Assembly: GCA_025055355.1 (NCBI GenBank)
Contig: JANWYM010000001.1
Location: 1-38,435, forward strand
Direction: 5' to 3'
DNA length: 38,435 nucleotides
Source of the DNA: Abditibacteriales bacterium
GTDB lineage: Bacteria > Armatimonadota > Abditibacteriia > Abditibacteriales > JANWYM01
This document shows positions 1-7,850 of this stretch, piece by piece. Made by a program: the position numbers and the translations under genes. Every line of letters begins with the position of its first letter. Position 1 is the first letter of the stretch. Under the pieces are notes generated by a model. The model saw nothing but the letters and a program-made list of their open reading frames with translations. It did not search any database and had not been told where the DNA came from.

Positions 1-882
1 CATTTCGTGGAGAACTGTCACGTTTACGACTTCTCCCGCTGGGACCGCACCTACACCCCCGCCGTATGGACGGACGGCGTCGGCACTCGCATCGCCCACA
101 ACCTCTTTCACGACTCGCCCGGTCACGCCCTGCGCCTGGAGGGCAACGACCACCTCGTGGAGTTCAACGAAATCCATGATGTAGTTTACGAAACCGACGA
201 CCAAGGGGCGCTGGACATGTTCTACAACCCGACCTATCGCGGTGTCATCATTCGTTACAATTTCTGGCATCACATCGGCGACGGCAGAGACCAGAAGATG
301 CGCGCGGGCGTCCGTCTGGATGACGCGATATGCGGTGTGCTGATTTACGGCAACGTGTTTTACAGGTGCGGGGAAGGCTACTTCGGCGGCGTGCAGATTC
401 ACGGCGGCAAGGACAACGTTGTGGACAACAACCTCTTCATTGATTGCAAATACGCCGTCAGTTTCTCCCCGTGGGGTGCGGAGCGCTGGCGGCAATACCT
501 GCAAAGCCCAGATGGCGTTAACGCCACGACGAAAACGGTAGACATTCACAGCCCGCCTTACAGCACCCGCTACCCCGCCTTAGCGAGGTTGGCGGAGAAC
601 CCCGACGTGAACATGATTGGGCGCAACGTGCTGATCAACGGGCGCGAGTTCCTCGCCCGCGACCGGGGCATTCAGATTTTGATAGACAACCTGACCCTCA
701 GCGAAGACCCCGGCTTCGTCAACGCGACAGAGCGCAACTTCGCGCTCAAACCCGACTCCCCCATTTACCGCCGCATCGGTTTTCGTCCGATTCCGTTCGG
801 CGAGATTGGGCTCTATGAACACCCATTGCGGGCGAGTTGGCCGGCGCGGCACGAGGTAGGAAAGCACTATGCGAAGCCTTGA
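1..882 (+). CDS. right-handed parallel beta-helix repeat protein, C-terminal part (5' end outside window)
   Basis: Frame 1 is open from nt 1 (HFVENCHVYDF...), stop TGA 880-882. Repeated segments NLFHDSPGHALRLEGNDHLVEFNEIHD, GNVFYRCG and NNLFIDC are typical of pectate-lyase-fold beta-helix proteins. Confidence 0.7.
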   Translation, partial: HFVENCHVYDFSRWDRTYTPAVWTDGVGTRIAHNLFHDSPGHALRLEGNDHLVEFNEIHDVVYETDDQGALDMFYNPTYRGVIIRYNFWHHIGDGRDQKMRAGVRLDDAICGVLIYGNVFYRCGEGYFGGVQIHGGKDNVVDNNLFIDCKYAVSFSPWGAERWRQYLQSPDGVNATTKTVDIHSPPYSTRYPALARLAENPDVNMIGRNVLINGREFLARDRGIQILIDNLTLSEDPGFVNATERNFALKPDSPIYRRIGFRPIPFGEIGLYEHPLRASWPARHEVGKHYAKP

Positions 883-961
883 CGCTAATAACCCGCGATG
901 GGTCGCCGCGCTTAGTCTGAGCCATGCTCCAGGGCTATCATAACCATCGGAGGTTATGACC

Positions 962-1240
962 ATGTTCAACCTGTTCCGGCGCAAAAAGCGCGTCGAGATT
1001 GAGACCGACTTTGGCAAGTTCCCAGATGACAGATGGCAATTCGTCGGGGAGTGGATTGCCACTTATGAGGATCGCATCATTGCCCATAGCAAAGACCTAC
1101 ACGAGTTGATGAAAGAACTTGATGCAAAGTATCCTGAAATTGCAGAGGACATCGCCTACGACCACGTGCTCAAAGAGGGAATGTCAGGAAGTCACAATTG
1201 GCCGCTGACCTTGCGTCGGCGGGGTGCGAGCCAATTGTGA
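962..1240 (+). CDS. small hypothetical protein (about 92 aa), no confident family
   Basis: ORF 956-1240. GGAGG at 949-953 favours ATG 962. A small stem (939-945/952-958) overlaps the SD and first ATG. The last 50 nt are a GTCACAATTGG hairpin, so the C-terminus is uncertain. Confidence 0.4.
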   Translation: MFNLFRRKKRVEIETDFGKFPDDRWQFVGEWIATYEDRIIAHSKDLHELMKELDAKYPEIAEDIAYDHVLKEGMSGSHNWPLTLRRRGASQL

Positions 1241-1241
1241 C
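1191..1241. repeat. hairpin, GTCACAATTGG family (11-bp perfect arms, 29-nt loop)
   Basis: gtcacaattgg (1191-1201) pairs with ccaattgtgac (1231-1241). The same arm motif recurs at 22946-22983 and 31538-31585. Confidence 0.7.
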
Positions 1242-1651
1242 TTACTGAATATGGGTGATTTGAACCGACTGTGGCTGCCGACAATAGACGAAGCCGCCGC
1301 ATGGGAGGCGACGCCTAATGCGGGCGCAGAAAGGTTCACAGGCAGAACGGTCGAGCTGTTGCAGACCTGGATGAAGCAAGTGCGGGAGACGGCGGTGGGG
1401 TTGGGGTGCAATCTGAATGAGGTATCCTACGGATAACACTAAAAGAATACATCCGTGGTAGTGTTTATCCGTGGGATACCTCGAAGAACTTTTATGACAC
1501 CACCGACCGTGCCGGGGCTGTGGTGGACGGCGCGAGACTGGGGCGGGATGGAAGGGTTGTGCCTGATGTGCGGCGAGCAGCCGCGACTCGTTCATGAGAT
1601 CATGGAATACTGGACAATGAGGCAAGATGACTCTGCCAACGGATGAAATGT

Positions 1652-1698
1652 CCCAACGGATATGACTTCTTTCAAATTCAAAGTCATCGTCCGTTGGG
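1652..1698. repeat. imperfect hairpin upstream of the oxidoreductase gene
   Basis: cccaacggatatgactt (1652-1668) pairs with aagtcatcgtccgttggg (1681-1698), as 9 + 7 bp around a small internal loop. Direct repeat ccaacggat at 1635 and 1653. Confidence 0.55.
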
Positions 1699-1759
1699 AT
1701 ATTTCGTCTGTTGTTAGAGATGATCTCAGACAGTTCCCATCGTTGGAGGGAAAAGGGAG

Positions 1760-2755
1760 ATGGCTAAAGTTCGAGTGGGTATTGTGGGTTGTGGAGGGAT
1801 GGCTGGGGCGCACGCGCGGCGGCTGAAGGGGAATCCTGATGCAAAGATTGTGGCGCTGTGCGATGTATCGGAGGAAATTTGTCAGCGGTTCATCGGGCAT
1901 CATCTGAGCGATGTCAAGGAGACGCCGAAGATTTACACCGACCCAGCGGTGATGTATAAGAAGGCGCGGTTGGATGCGGTGGTGATTGCCTCGCCGCACA
2001 CCTTGCACTTTGAACACGGCATGCAAGCGATTGAGGCGAAGTGTCATGTTCTCATGGAGAAGCCGATGGTGACGGACTCGCAGCAGGCGCGGGCGCTGGC
2101 AGCGGCGGCAGCGAAGTCGGGGAAGATTTTCACTGTCGGCTACAACACGCCTTGCACGCCGGAGTTTCGCTACCTGCGCGACCTCATTCGTCGCAAGGAG
2201 TTGGGACGGCTGGAACTGGTGACCGGCTGGCTGGCGCAGAACTGGAAGCGCGGGACGCGCGGGACGTGGCGGCAAGACCCCGCGTTGTCGGGCGGGGGGC
2301 AGATGTATGACAGCGGGGCGCACCTGCTCAACAGTCTGGTGTGGAGCGTGGAGCAACCAGTGAGCGAAGTCCACGCCTTCGTGGACAACCAGGACACGCC
2401 CGTGGACATCAACGGCACGGTCAACATCCGCTTTGCGGACGGCACGTTGGCAACTATCACCATTTCAGGGAACTGTCCCAACGACGGGGCGGGTATGGTG
2501 TTCTTGTTCGACGGCGGGCGGGTGGAGATTGACGGCTGGGGCGGCAGTTGGATTCGCGTGTTCAAAGGCGGTGTGGGGGCGGTGAAGTATCCACCCATCA
2601 CCTACAAACCGCAGTCGCCGGATGACAACTTCATTGACGCGATTCTGGGCAGAGCCGAGCCGCTGACCGGTCCGATGAATGGCGTCATTCAGAGCGCCCT
2701 CATGGACGCGATTTATGAATCAGCACGGACGGGGCAGGTGGTGAGAGTGAAGTGA
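1760..2755 (+). CDS. Gfo/Idh/MocA family NAD(P)-dependent oxidoreductase
   Basis: N-terminal Rossmann motif VRVGIVGCGGMAGAHA, then EKP motif (MEKPMV), 331 aa. SD GGAGGG upstream. Confidence 0.9.
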   Translation: MAKVRVGIVGCGGMAGAHARRLKGNPDAKIVALCDVSEEICQRFIGHHLSDVKETPKIYTDPAVMYKKARLDAVVIASPHTLHFEHGMQAIEAKCHVLMEKPMVTDSQQARALAAAAAKSGKIFTVGYNTPCTPEFRYLRDLIRRKELGRLELVTGWLAQNWKRGTRGTWRQDPALSGGGQMYDSGAHLLNSLVWSVEQPVSEVHAFVDNQDTPVDINGTVNIRFADGTLATITISGNCPNDGAGMVFLFDGGRVEIDGWGGSWIRVFKGGVGAVKYPPITYKPQSPDDNFIDAILGRAEPLTGPMNGVIQSALMDAIYESARTGQVVRVK

Positions 2756-2772
2756 GGTCCGTCGGACAATCT

Positions 2773-2967
2773 ATGACGAACCCCCAAACCATCCGCATCG
2801 CAGGCATCGTGCTCAAGTGGGTTCGCGCCGATAAGGAGGCGAACTATCGCCTCGTCCCGTTGATGCGTGAAGCGGCAGCGAACGGGGCGCAGATGGTTTG
2901 TTCCCTCCCGTTGTGGACATGCGCCCAGATTGTCATTCTCCCGCCGTATCGGTATAATCCGGGATGA
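2773..2967 (+). pseudogene. carbon-nitrogen hydrolase (nitrilase superfamily) N-terminal stub
   Basis: MTNPQTIRIAGI..., DKEANYRL and REAAANGAQMVC match the first ~45 aa of CN-hydrolases (IR[IV]A..Q, DK.ANL, A..GA.LV.[FL]PE). The frame then degenerates and stops at 2967, and the catalytic E-K-C core is absent. Confidence 0.4.
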
Positions 2968-3078
2968 GCCGAATGATACGGCAAGGCGAGGGTTCATGCG
3001 CCATGAGCGAACGGGCGAACGTTCCTGCTTCCTAATGGCGCAGGAATTCCGCCTTCAGTTTATCGCAGGAGGTCGGTC

Positions 3079-3573
3079 ATGTCAGTTCACCCTGAAGGCA
3101 AGAAGATGTTTTGTGAGGTTCAATACTTTCCCTGGTGGGCAACGATTCCGATGGCAGCGTCCGCGCCGTTTGTGCTGATTTTGGGGTTGACGCAGGCGGG
3201 CACGAAACCGGTGCCGCTGCCGTTAGCCCTGCTGATGTCGCTGTTTCTCGCGGGGATTTTTCTGCTGATGTTTCGGATGGTCACCACGGTCTACGAGGAT
3301 CGCATCGTCGTGAAGTTCGGCTGGCTGCCCCTGGTGCGGTTCACGATTCCGCTGTCGGAAATCCAGTCGGCGCGCGCCGTGACCTACAAGCCGCTTTTGG
3401 AGTTTGGTGGCTGGGGCATTCGCTTTGGACGCGCCAGAAAACTGGCTTACTCGACGCAGGGCAACAAAGCGGTGGAGGTCGTCACGACGAAGCGCACCAT
3501 TCTTATCGGCACCGCGTTGCCTGACCAATTGAATGAGGTTGTCAATAACTTGCTTGTGTTTTACCGCTCATAG
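3079..3573 (+). CDS. hypothetical membrane protein (2 predicted TM helices plus small soluble C-terminal domain)
   Basis: AGGAGG 3067-3072 lies 6 nt before ATG 3079. Hydrophobic stretches are IPMAASAPFVLILGL and LALLMSLFLAGIFLLMF. 164 aa. Confidence 0.6.
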   Translation: MSVHPEGKKMFCEVQYFPWWATIPMAASAPFVLILGLTQAGTKPVPLPLALLMSLFLAGIFLLMFRMVTTVYEDRIVVKFGWLPLVRFTIPLSEIQSARAVTYKPLLEFGGWGIRFGRARKLAYSTQGNKAVEVVTTKRTILIGTALPDQLNEVVNNLLVFYRS

Positions 3574-3593
3574 CCTGCCCCGATTTAAATTGA

Positions 3594-5248
3594 ATGAGCG
3601 GGTTGGCTCATAAGGAGAGACATCCCATGCGTCAATCCATCATCCCCCAAGGGCGCGGGCGCAGCGAGGGCGAGGAAGATCAGGGTGGACGAGTGCATCA
3701 GGAGGATTTGAGGGCGGTCATCGAGTTCACCAAGAAACTGCACGAAGTGTCGTCGCCGCGTCGGGTTGTCTGGCGCGGTATCCTGAGTTGGGTGTGAAGT
3801 TCCTGTTCGACGTTGAAGGACCGTCCAACGCCATCGTGCGCCGCGAGCCGCACCGCCCCAAGGGGGACGCTTATTGGGAGGAGCGCCACGCGGACAAGTT
3901 CGTGAGCCAACTCAAGTGCCGTTACTTCCGCGTGCAAGCCGAGATTGACCACGCGCAGGGGCGCGACCTGACCATCGCCTTTGACCTATTAGAAGCCGCG
4001 CGCGGGCGACCCTTACGCGTATGGCTACGTTCGCCTGCCGGTGCTGCTCAAGCCGGGAAGGAACGATTTTCTGTTTCACGTCAGCCGAGGGCGCCTGTCG
4101 GCGAAACTCACGACGCCGCCGTCACCCATCATGCTTGACACGCGCGACGCGACGTTGCCCGACCTCATCATCGGCGAGAACGCCGAACGCTGGGGCGCGG
4201 TGGTCGTTATCAACGCGACGCGCGAGCCGCTGAACGACTTGCAGATGCACGCCGCGCGAAAGGACGTCAAGCCGACCGTCACACCGCTGCCGACCGTTCC
4301 ACCGCTGACCGTTCGCAAGGTCGGGTTCCGTTTGAACGGCGAGCCGCCCCCTGTGGGCGACACGTGTGAAGTCACCCTGAAACTGGAACGCAAGCGCAGC
4401 CGCCGCGCGCAAACGCTGGACACGACGACGGTGACGCTTGGCGTCCGCCGCGCCGACCAGTTGCACAAGCGCACGTTCCGTAGCCGCATTGACGGCAGTG
4501 TGCAGTATTACGCCGTCAACCCCGCGCAACCACCCCCGACCCTTCACTCTCCTCCCTCAACCCGGGCTCTTTTCCTCACCCTGCACGGCGCGGGCGTGGA
4601 AGCCAGCGGGCAAGCCGCCGCGGACGACAACGTGCCTGTGGCTCAGGCGCGCACCATGAACCAACACCTCAGCGGTTTTCATCGCGACTTCGTGTATCAC
4701 GAACAACCCGGCGCGGGGCACTGGTGGGACGCTTCCGACGAGCCGGGCACGGATTGCGTGGACTGGCAGCCGATGTTCGACTTCTTCGCGCACCATGCCA
4801 TTCCCCCCGAGGACAGCGTCCGTCGAGTCGAGTTTATCACCGCCAGCTCCGGCGTTGCCGCCAAGTGTTACTGGTTCACCATATCCTCTACGGCAACGCT
4901 GACACCCATAGCGCGTGGAACGCCCTGCTCTCTGCCAGCCCCGTGCAAGTGCGACGCAGCGGCGTGTGCATCGGCGAGCGCGAAATCGCGGGCAACGACC
5001 TCGCTTGCCTTTTCGTTCGTCCGCGTCCGAACAGCGACACCGCTTGTGTGGGCGTCGTGTCTGGCACGGGCATCGTCGGCATGAGACTGACCGACCGTTT
5101 GCCTTACTTCGTCTCCGGCGTCGCTTATCCTGACTGCATCGTTCTCGGCTCAGAGATGCTCACGCAAGGTAGTGCGGGCGTCCGCGTTGCGGGTTACTTT
5201 GGACTGGATTGGAGCGTGATGAGGGGAGAGTTTGCGTGGCGGGAGTGA
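3594..5248 (+). pseudogene. decayed alpha/beta-hydrolase (prolyl-oligopeptidase-like esterase/peptidase) gene: at least 2 frameshifts plus an internal deletion
   Basis: The protein-like sequence runs through three overlapping ORFs in different frames (3788-4138, 4041-5084, 4724-5248). Junction 1 is near 4005 (...FDLLEAARG / DPYAYGYVRLPVLLKPGRNDFLF). Junction 2 is near 4884 (...KCYWFTI / LYGNADTHSAWN). LFLTLHGAGVEASGQAAA is joined directly to DDNVPVAQARTM...GAGHWWD, so the nucleophile-serine region appears deleted. Confidence 0.55.
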
Positions 5249-5258
5249 GCCGACGGGT

Positions 5259-5287
5259 TTGACGGGACCAGAGGGCTATGATATGAT
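5259..5287 (+). promoter_or_regulatory. sigma70-like promoter for the DUF4058 gene
   Basis: TTGACG (5259-5264), 17 nt spacer, TATGAT (5282-5287), about 48 nt upstream of ATG 5335. Confidence 0.4.
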
Positions 5288-5334
5288 GGGGACAACGAGT
5301 CAACCTTGGTGCCGGGCAAATGGAGGTGAAAGTC

Positions 5335-6120
5335 ATGCCATCGCCTTTTCCGGGCATGGACCCATTTATCGAGAGTCAAAGATGGGAAGATTTCCATCAT
5401 GCATTATCCGAGGTCATTCGGGAGTGGCTGATACCCCATGTGCGTCCCCGCTATGTGGTGCTGGTAGAGGAGCGCGTTTACGTCGAACGGCAGACCGATG
5501 GTCACCGGGGGCTGATTATTCCTGATGTCACGGTGCTGGAGCGGGAAGGACAGGAGATGCTCTCGCAGGGGGCTGCGGCGGCTACCGCCGTTGCCGTCGC
5601 GCCGGTGATCCTCACCTTGCCGATGCCCGAACGCAAGCGCGAAGCCTTCCTCACCATCCGCGAGCGTGAGACGATGGAGGTGGTCACCGTTATTGAAGTC
5701 CTCTCGCCTGACAACAAACGCCCCGGCGCAGAGGGGCGTCGCGAATACCTGAGAAAGCGGGAGACCGTCCTTGAGAGCGAGGCGCACTTAATTGAACTGG
5801 ACTTGCTGCGCGGCGGGGAGCGGCTGCCAACGGTCGAGCCTCTTCCTGCGGCGGATTACTATGCTTTTGTCAGCCGCGCCCCTCGTCGTCCGAAGGTAGC
5901 GGTTTATCCATGGACTTTACGGCAGGCACTGCCGACGATTCCCGTGCCATTAGCGGAGGGCGACCCCGAGGTAGGGCTTGATTTACAGTCGGTCTTCAAC
6001 ACGGTCTACGACCGGGCAGGTTACGACTACTCGCTGGACTACCGCCGTCCCCTTGAGCCGCCCTTACGGGAGGCGGATATAGCGTGGGTGAAGCAGGTGC
6101 TTGGTGCGGCGTGCTCGTAG
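5335..6120 (+). CDS. DUF4058 family protein (Uma2-like PD-(D/E)XK fold)
   Basis: Characteristic N-terminus MPSPFPGMDPFIE. GGAGG 5322-5326 lies 8 nt upstream. ...PDVTV..., EVLSPDNK and IELDLLR match the nuclease-like core. 261 aa. Confidence 0.85.
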   Translation: MPSPFPGMDPFIESQRWEDFHHALSEVIREWLIPHVRPRYVVLVEERVYVERQTDGHRGLIIPDVTVLEREGQEMLSQGAAAATAVAVAPVILTLPMPERKREAFLTIRERETMEVVTVIEVLSPDNKRPGAEGRREYLRKRETVLESEAHLIELDLLRGGERLPTVEPLPAADYYAFVSRAPRRPKVAVYPWTLRQALPTIPVPLAEGDPEVGLDLQSVFNTVYDRAGYDYSLDYRRPLEPPLREADIAWVKQVLGAACS

Positions 6121-6180
6121 GGGCGGCATATTCGTCGGGGCGGGCGTCCCCGTCCGCTCCGACGAACGCGCTGCCCCTAC
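6117..6180. repeat. nested hairpin, GTAGGGGC...GCCCCTAC type, overlapping the DUF4058 stop codon
   Basis: gtaggggc (6117-6124) pairs with gcccctac (6173-6180). The inner stem is ttcgtcgg (6131-6138) with ccgacgaa (6159-6166). Confidence 0.6.
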
Positions 6181-6335
6181 AACGCCTCCTTCTGTCTCAG
6201 CCTGACCTTTGAATCGAGTAATGCAATCGCCGACTTTTCCAGACAACGGATAGGCTCTTGGGGCAGATTCCTGAAACTCCCACCTTCTCTCGGTTGTAAT
6301 AGCCGACAGACCAATCAATGAAAGGAGCATCCATC

Positions 6336-6935
6336 ATGCGGAAACTGTCGGTCGTTTTGATGTTGAGCGCGTTCACATTGATGGGCGCGCACGTCACGTG
6401 GGCGCAGGGCACGACGGAGGAGGTCGTGAAGAAGGCGCAGGAGGCGGTGGACGCGAGCGGGAAGCAGTTGATTGAAGACGTGAAGGCGGCGATTGAGCAA
6501 CTCAAAGAAACAATTGCCAAGGTTGAACTATTGGGTGGTGTAGACCCCAGCGCGATGGGGGCAATCCAACGGAAGATTGAAGAGCAGGCGATGAAGGTAT
6601 TGGTGGATATCGAGGTGACCGCTGTGCTGACGATCTTGGGCGTGCTGGAAAAAACGATTGCTCAGTCGGGCGTTCTCGGTGAGGACTTCGCCACCAACCG
6701 TATCGCGGAGGTTTACAAACTCAAAGTGGACGACATCAAAGCCCTGCGCAGCAAAAACATGTCCTTCAGCGACATCGTGCTCGCCCACGCTATCACCAAA
6801 ATCACTAACCGCCCTTCCACCGAGTTCGTGCTGAAACTCAAAGCGGAGAAGAAATCATGGGCAGCCATCGCCCAGGAAGCGGGCGTGAAGTTCATGCAGT
6901 TGAGCGAGGAACTCAAAGCCTTGATCCCCGCATAG
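6336..6935 (+). CDS. secreted hypothetical protein (signal peptide, helical/coiled-coil rich)
   Basis: AAAGGAG 6321-6327 lies 8 nt before ATG 6336. Signal peptide MRKLSVVLMLSAFTLMGAHVTWA|QG. K/E/A-rich helical body. Confidence 0.65.
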   Translation: MRKLSVVLMLSAFTLMGAHVTWAQGTTEEVVKKAQEAVDASGKQLIEDVKAAIEQLKETIAKVELLGGVDPSAMGAIQRKIEEQAMKVLVDIEVTAVLTILGVLEKTIAQSGVLGEDFATNRIAEVYKLKVDDIKALRSKNMSFSDIVLAHAITKITNRPSTEFVLKLKAEKKSWAAIAQEAGVKFMQLSEELKALIPA

Positions 6936-7225
6936 AATGGTCGGTTCGCTCAGGAGATTAGGTTAGCAGGGGTTGGCTCGAATTGGTTAAAGGGGACCTG
7001 CAGCAGCCCCGTGCAATCCTCAGCGAACCTGAGCCAGCGCATCCAAGGGCAAACCGGTCTGCCCCCAGAGATGCACGAGCCACACCGCGCGGCCTCTCCT
7101 GGGCGACGATGAAAGCGGCTGGCCTCGGCGGCTTGTCGTTGGGGGCAGATAGCTCCGTGAGAGTCATAGCCAAGAACGTCCCTGACATGAACGACAACAT
7201 TCCCTCAAGCAAGCGCTGATGCGGC

Positions 7226-7255
7226 TTGACATTACAGTGTGGAAGATGCTAAACT
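7226..7255 (+). promoter_or_regulatory. sigma70-like promoter with extended -10
   Basis: TTGACA (7226-7231), 18 nt spacer, TGcTAAACT (TG 7247-7248, -10 at 7250-7255). The predicted start is about 7262-7263, coinciding with ATG 7263. Confidence 0.5.
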
Positions 7256-7262
7256 GAAGTCC

Positions 7263-7670
7263 ATGCAAAGACGGCGCACGCGAAAAATACTGCTCGGGGG
7301 ATGGCTGCTTTACCTTTGCACTTGGCACATCTGCATCAGCGAAGAGTCTTCAGCCCGCGCCGCGCAGATCTTAACCGGCACAAGCCATAGTTGCTCTCTG
7401 CCACTGAATATGCCTGTCTCAGGAGATGCGGAGTGCGTGGGCTGCTGCGAGTGCTGCGGCTTGGCAGTCGTTAAACCCAACGCCTCGGACGTGACCAGGC
7501 GTATCAACGTCATCACGTCTCTGGGCGAGGAGGTTATGCTGCCTGAGCCAACCCCTGATGCAGTCCTCAGAGCGCGACAGCAAAAATTCTCCTCTGTTTT
7601 TGTCCTCACTTCGTTCCTCTCGTCGGGTATCACACCTGCGCTGGCTCAACGTCCCCCACCTCTCGATTAA
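7263..7670 (+). CDS. Cys-rich small membrane-anchored protein, candidate metal-binding accessory of the RND locus (hypothetical)
   Basis: ATG 7263 sits at the predicted transcription start (leaderless). N-terminal anchor MQRRRTRKILLGGWLLYLCTWHICI, Cys cluster HSCS...ECVGCCECCG, hydrophobic C-terminus. It lies directly upstream of the OMF gene. No family recognised. Confidence 0.35.
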   Translation: MQRRRTRKILLGGWLLYLCTWHICISEESSARAAQILTGTSHSCSLPLNMPVSGDAECVGCCECCGLAVVKPNASDVTRRINVITSLGEEVMLPEPTPDAVLRARQQKFSSVFVLTSFLSSGITPALAQRPPPLD

Positions 7671-7678
7671 TTCCTAAC

Positions 7679-7814
7679 CCTAAACTTTTGCGTTTCGCGC
7701 TTCTCTCCTTCTCCGCTGCAGGAAGCGGAGGAGACGGCTACAGCGGAGGGGATGGCTTCGCTCCGCTCGCAATGACGGGCATTTTCGGAGAGAAGGGCAA
7801 AACGCAAAAGTTCA
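7679..7814. mobile_element. MITE-like 136-bp palindromic element with 8-bp direct (target-site-like) duplication
   Basis: Terminal inverted repeats ct[a/g]aacttttgcgttt[c/t]gc[g/c]cttctctcc (7679-7707 vs 7786-7814). The element is flanked immediately by tcctaacc at 7671-7678 and 7815-7822. Its interior carries cgtcattgcgagcggagcgaagc (minus strand, reads RHCERSEA), a motif I recall from spurious repeat-derived ORFs in many phyla. Confidence 0.55.
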
Positions 7815-7850
7815 GTCCTAACCACCCCACCACCGAAAGGAGGGAGCGAT

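Noticed and set aside
1224-1646. ORFs 1224-1436 and 1455-1646 as real genes
   Set aside because: They are short, lack an RBS, are surrounded by overlapping antisense ORFs, and one begins mid-domain. At best they are remnants of a URO-D-like gene (mentioned in the decay finding); they are not callable as CDS.
4041-5084. 347-aa ORF as an intact CDS
   Set aside because: Protein-like sequence continues upstream and downstream in other frames (3788-4138, 4724-5248), and the catalytic core is missing. It is therefore called as part of one pseudogene.
6936-7215. TPP or cobalamin riboswitch
   Set aside because: Isolated resemblances (CTCAGGAGA / GAACCTGAGCC; GTGCAATCC; CCCAGGAGAGGCC on the minus strand) do not occur in the order, spacing or helical context of either consensus. 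The region also lies upstream, not downstream, of the only good promoter. It is kept only as an unassigned structured region.
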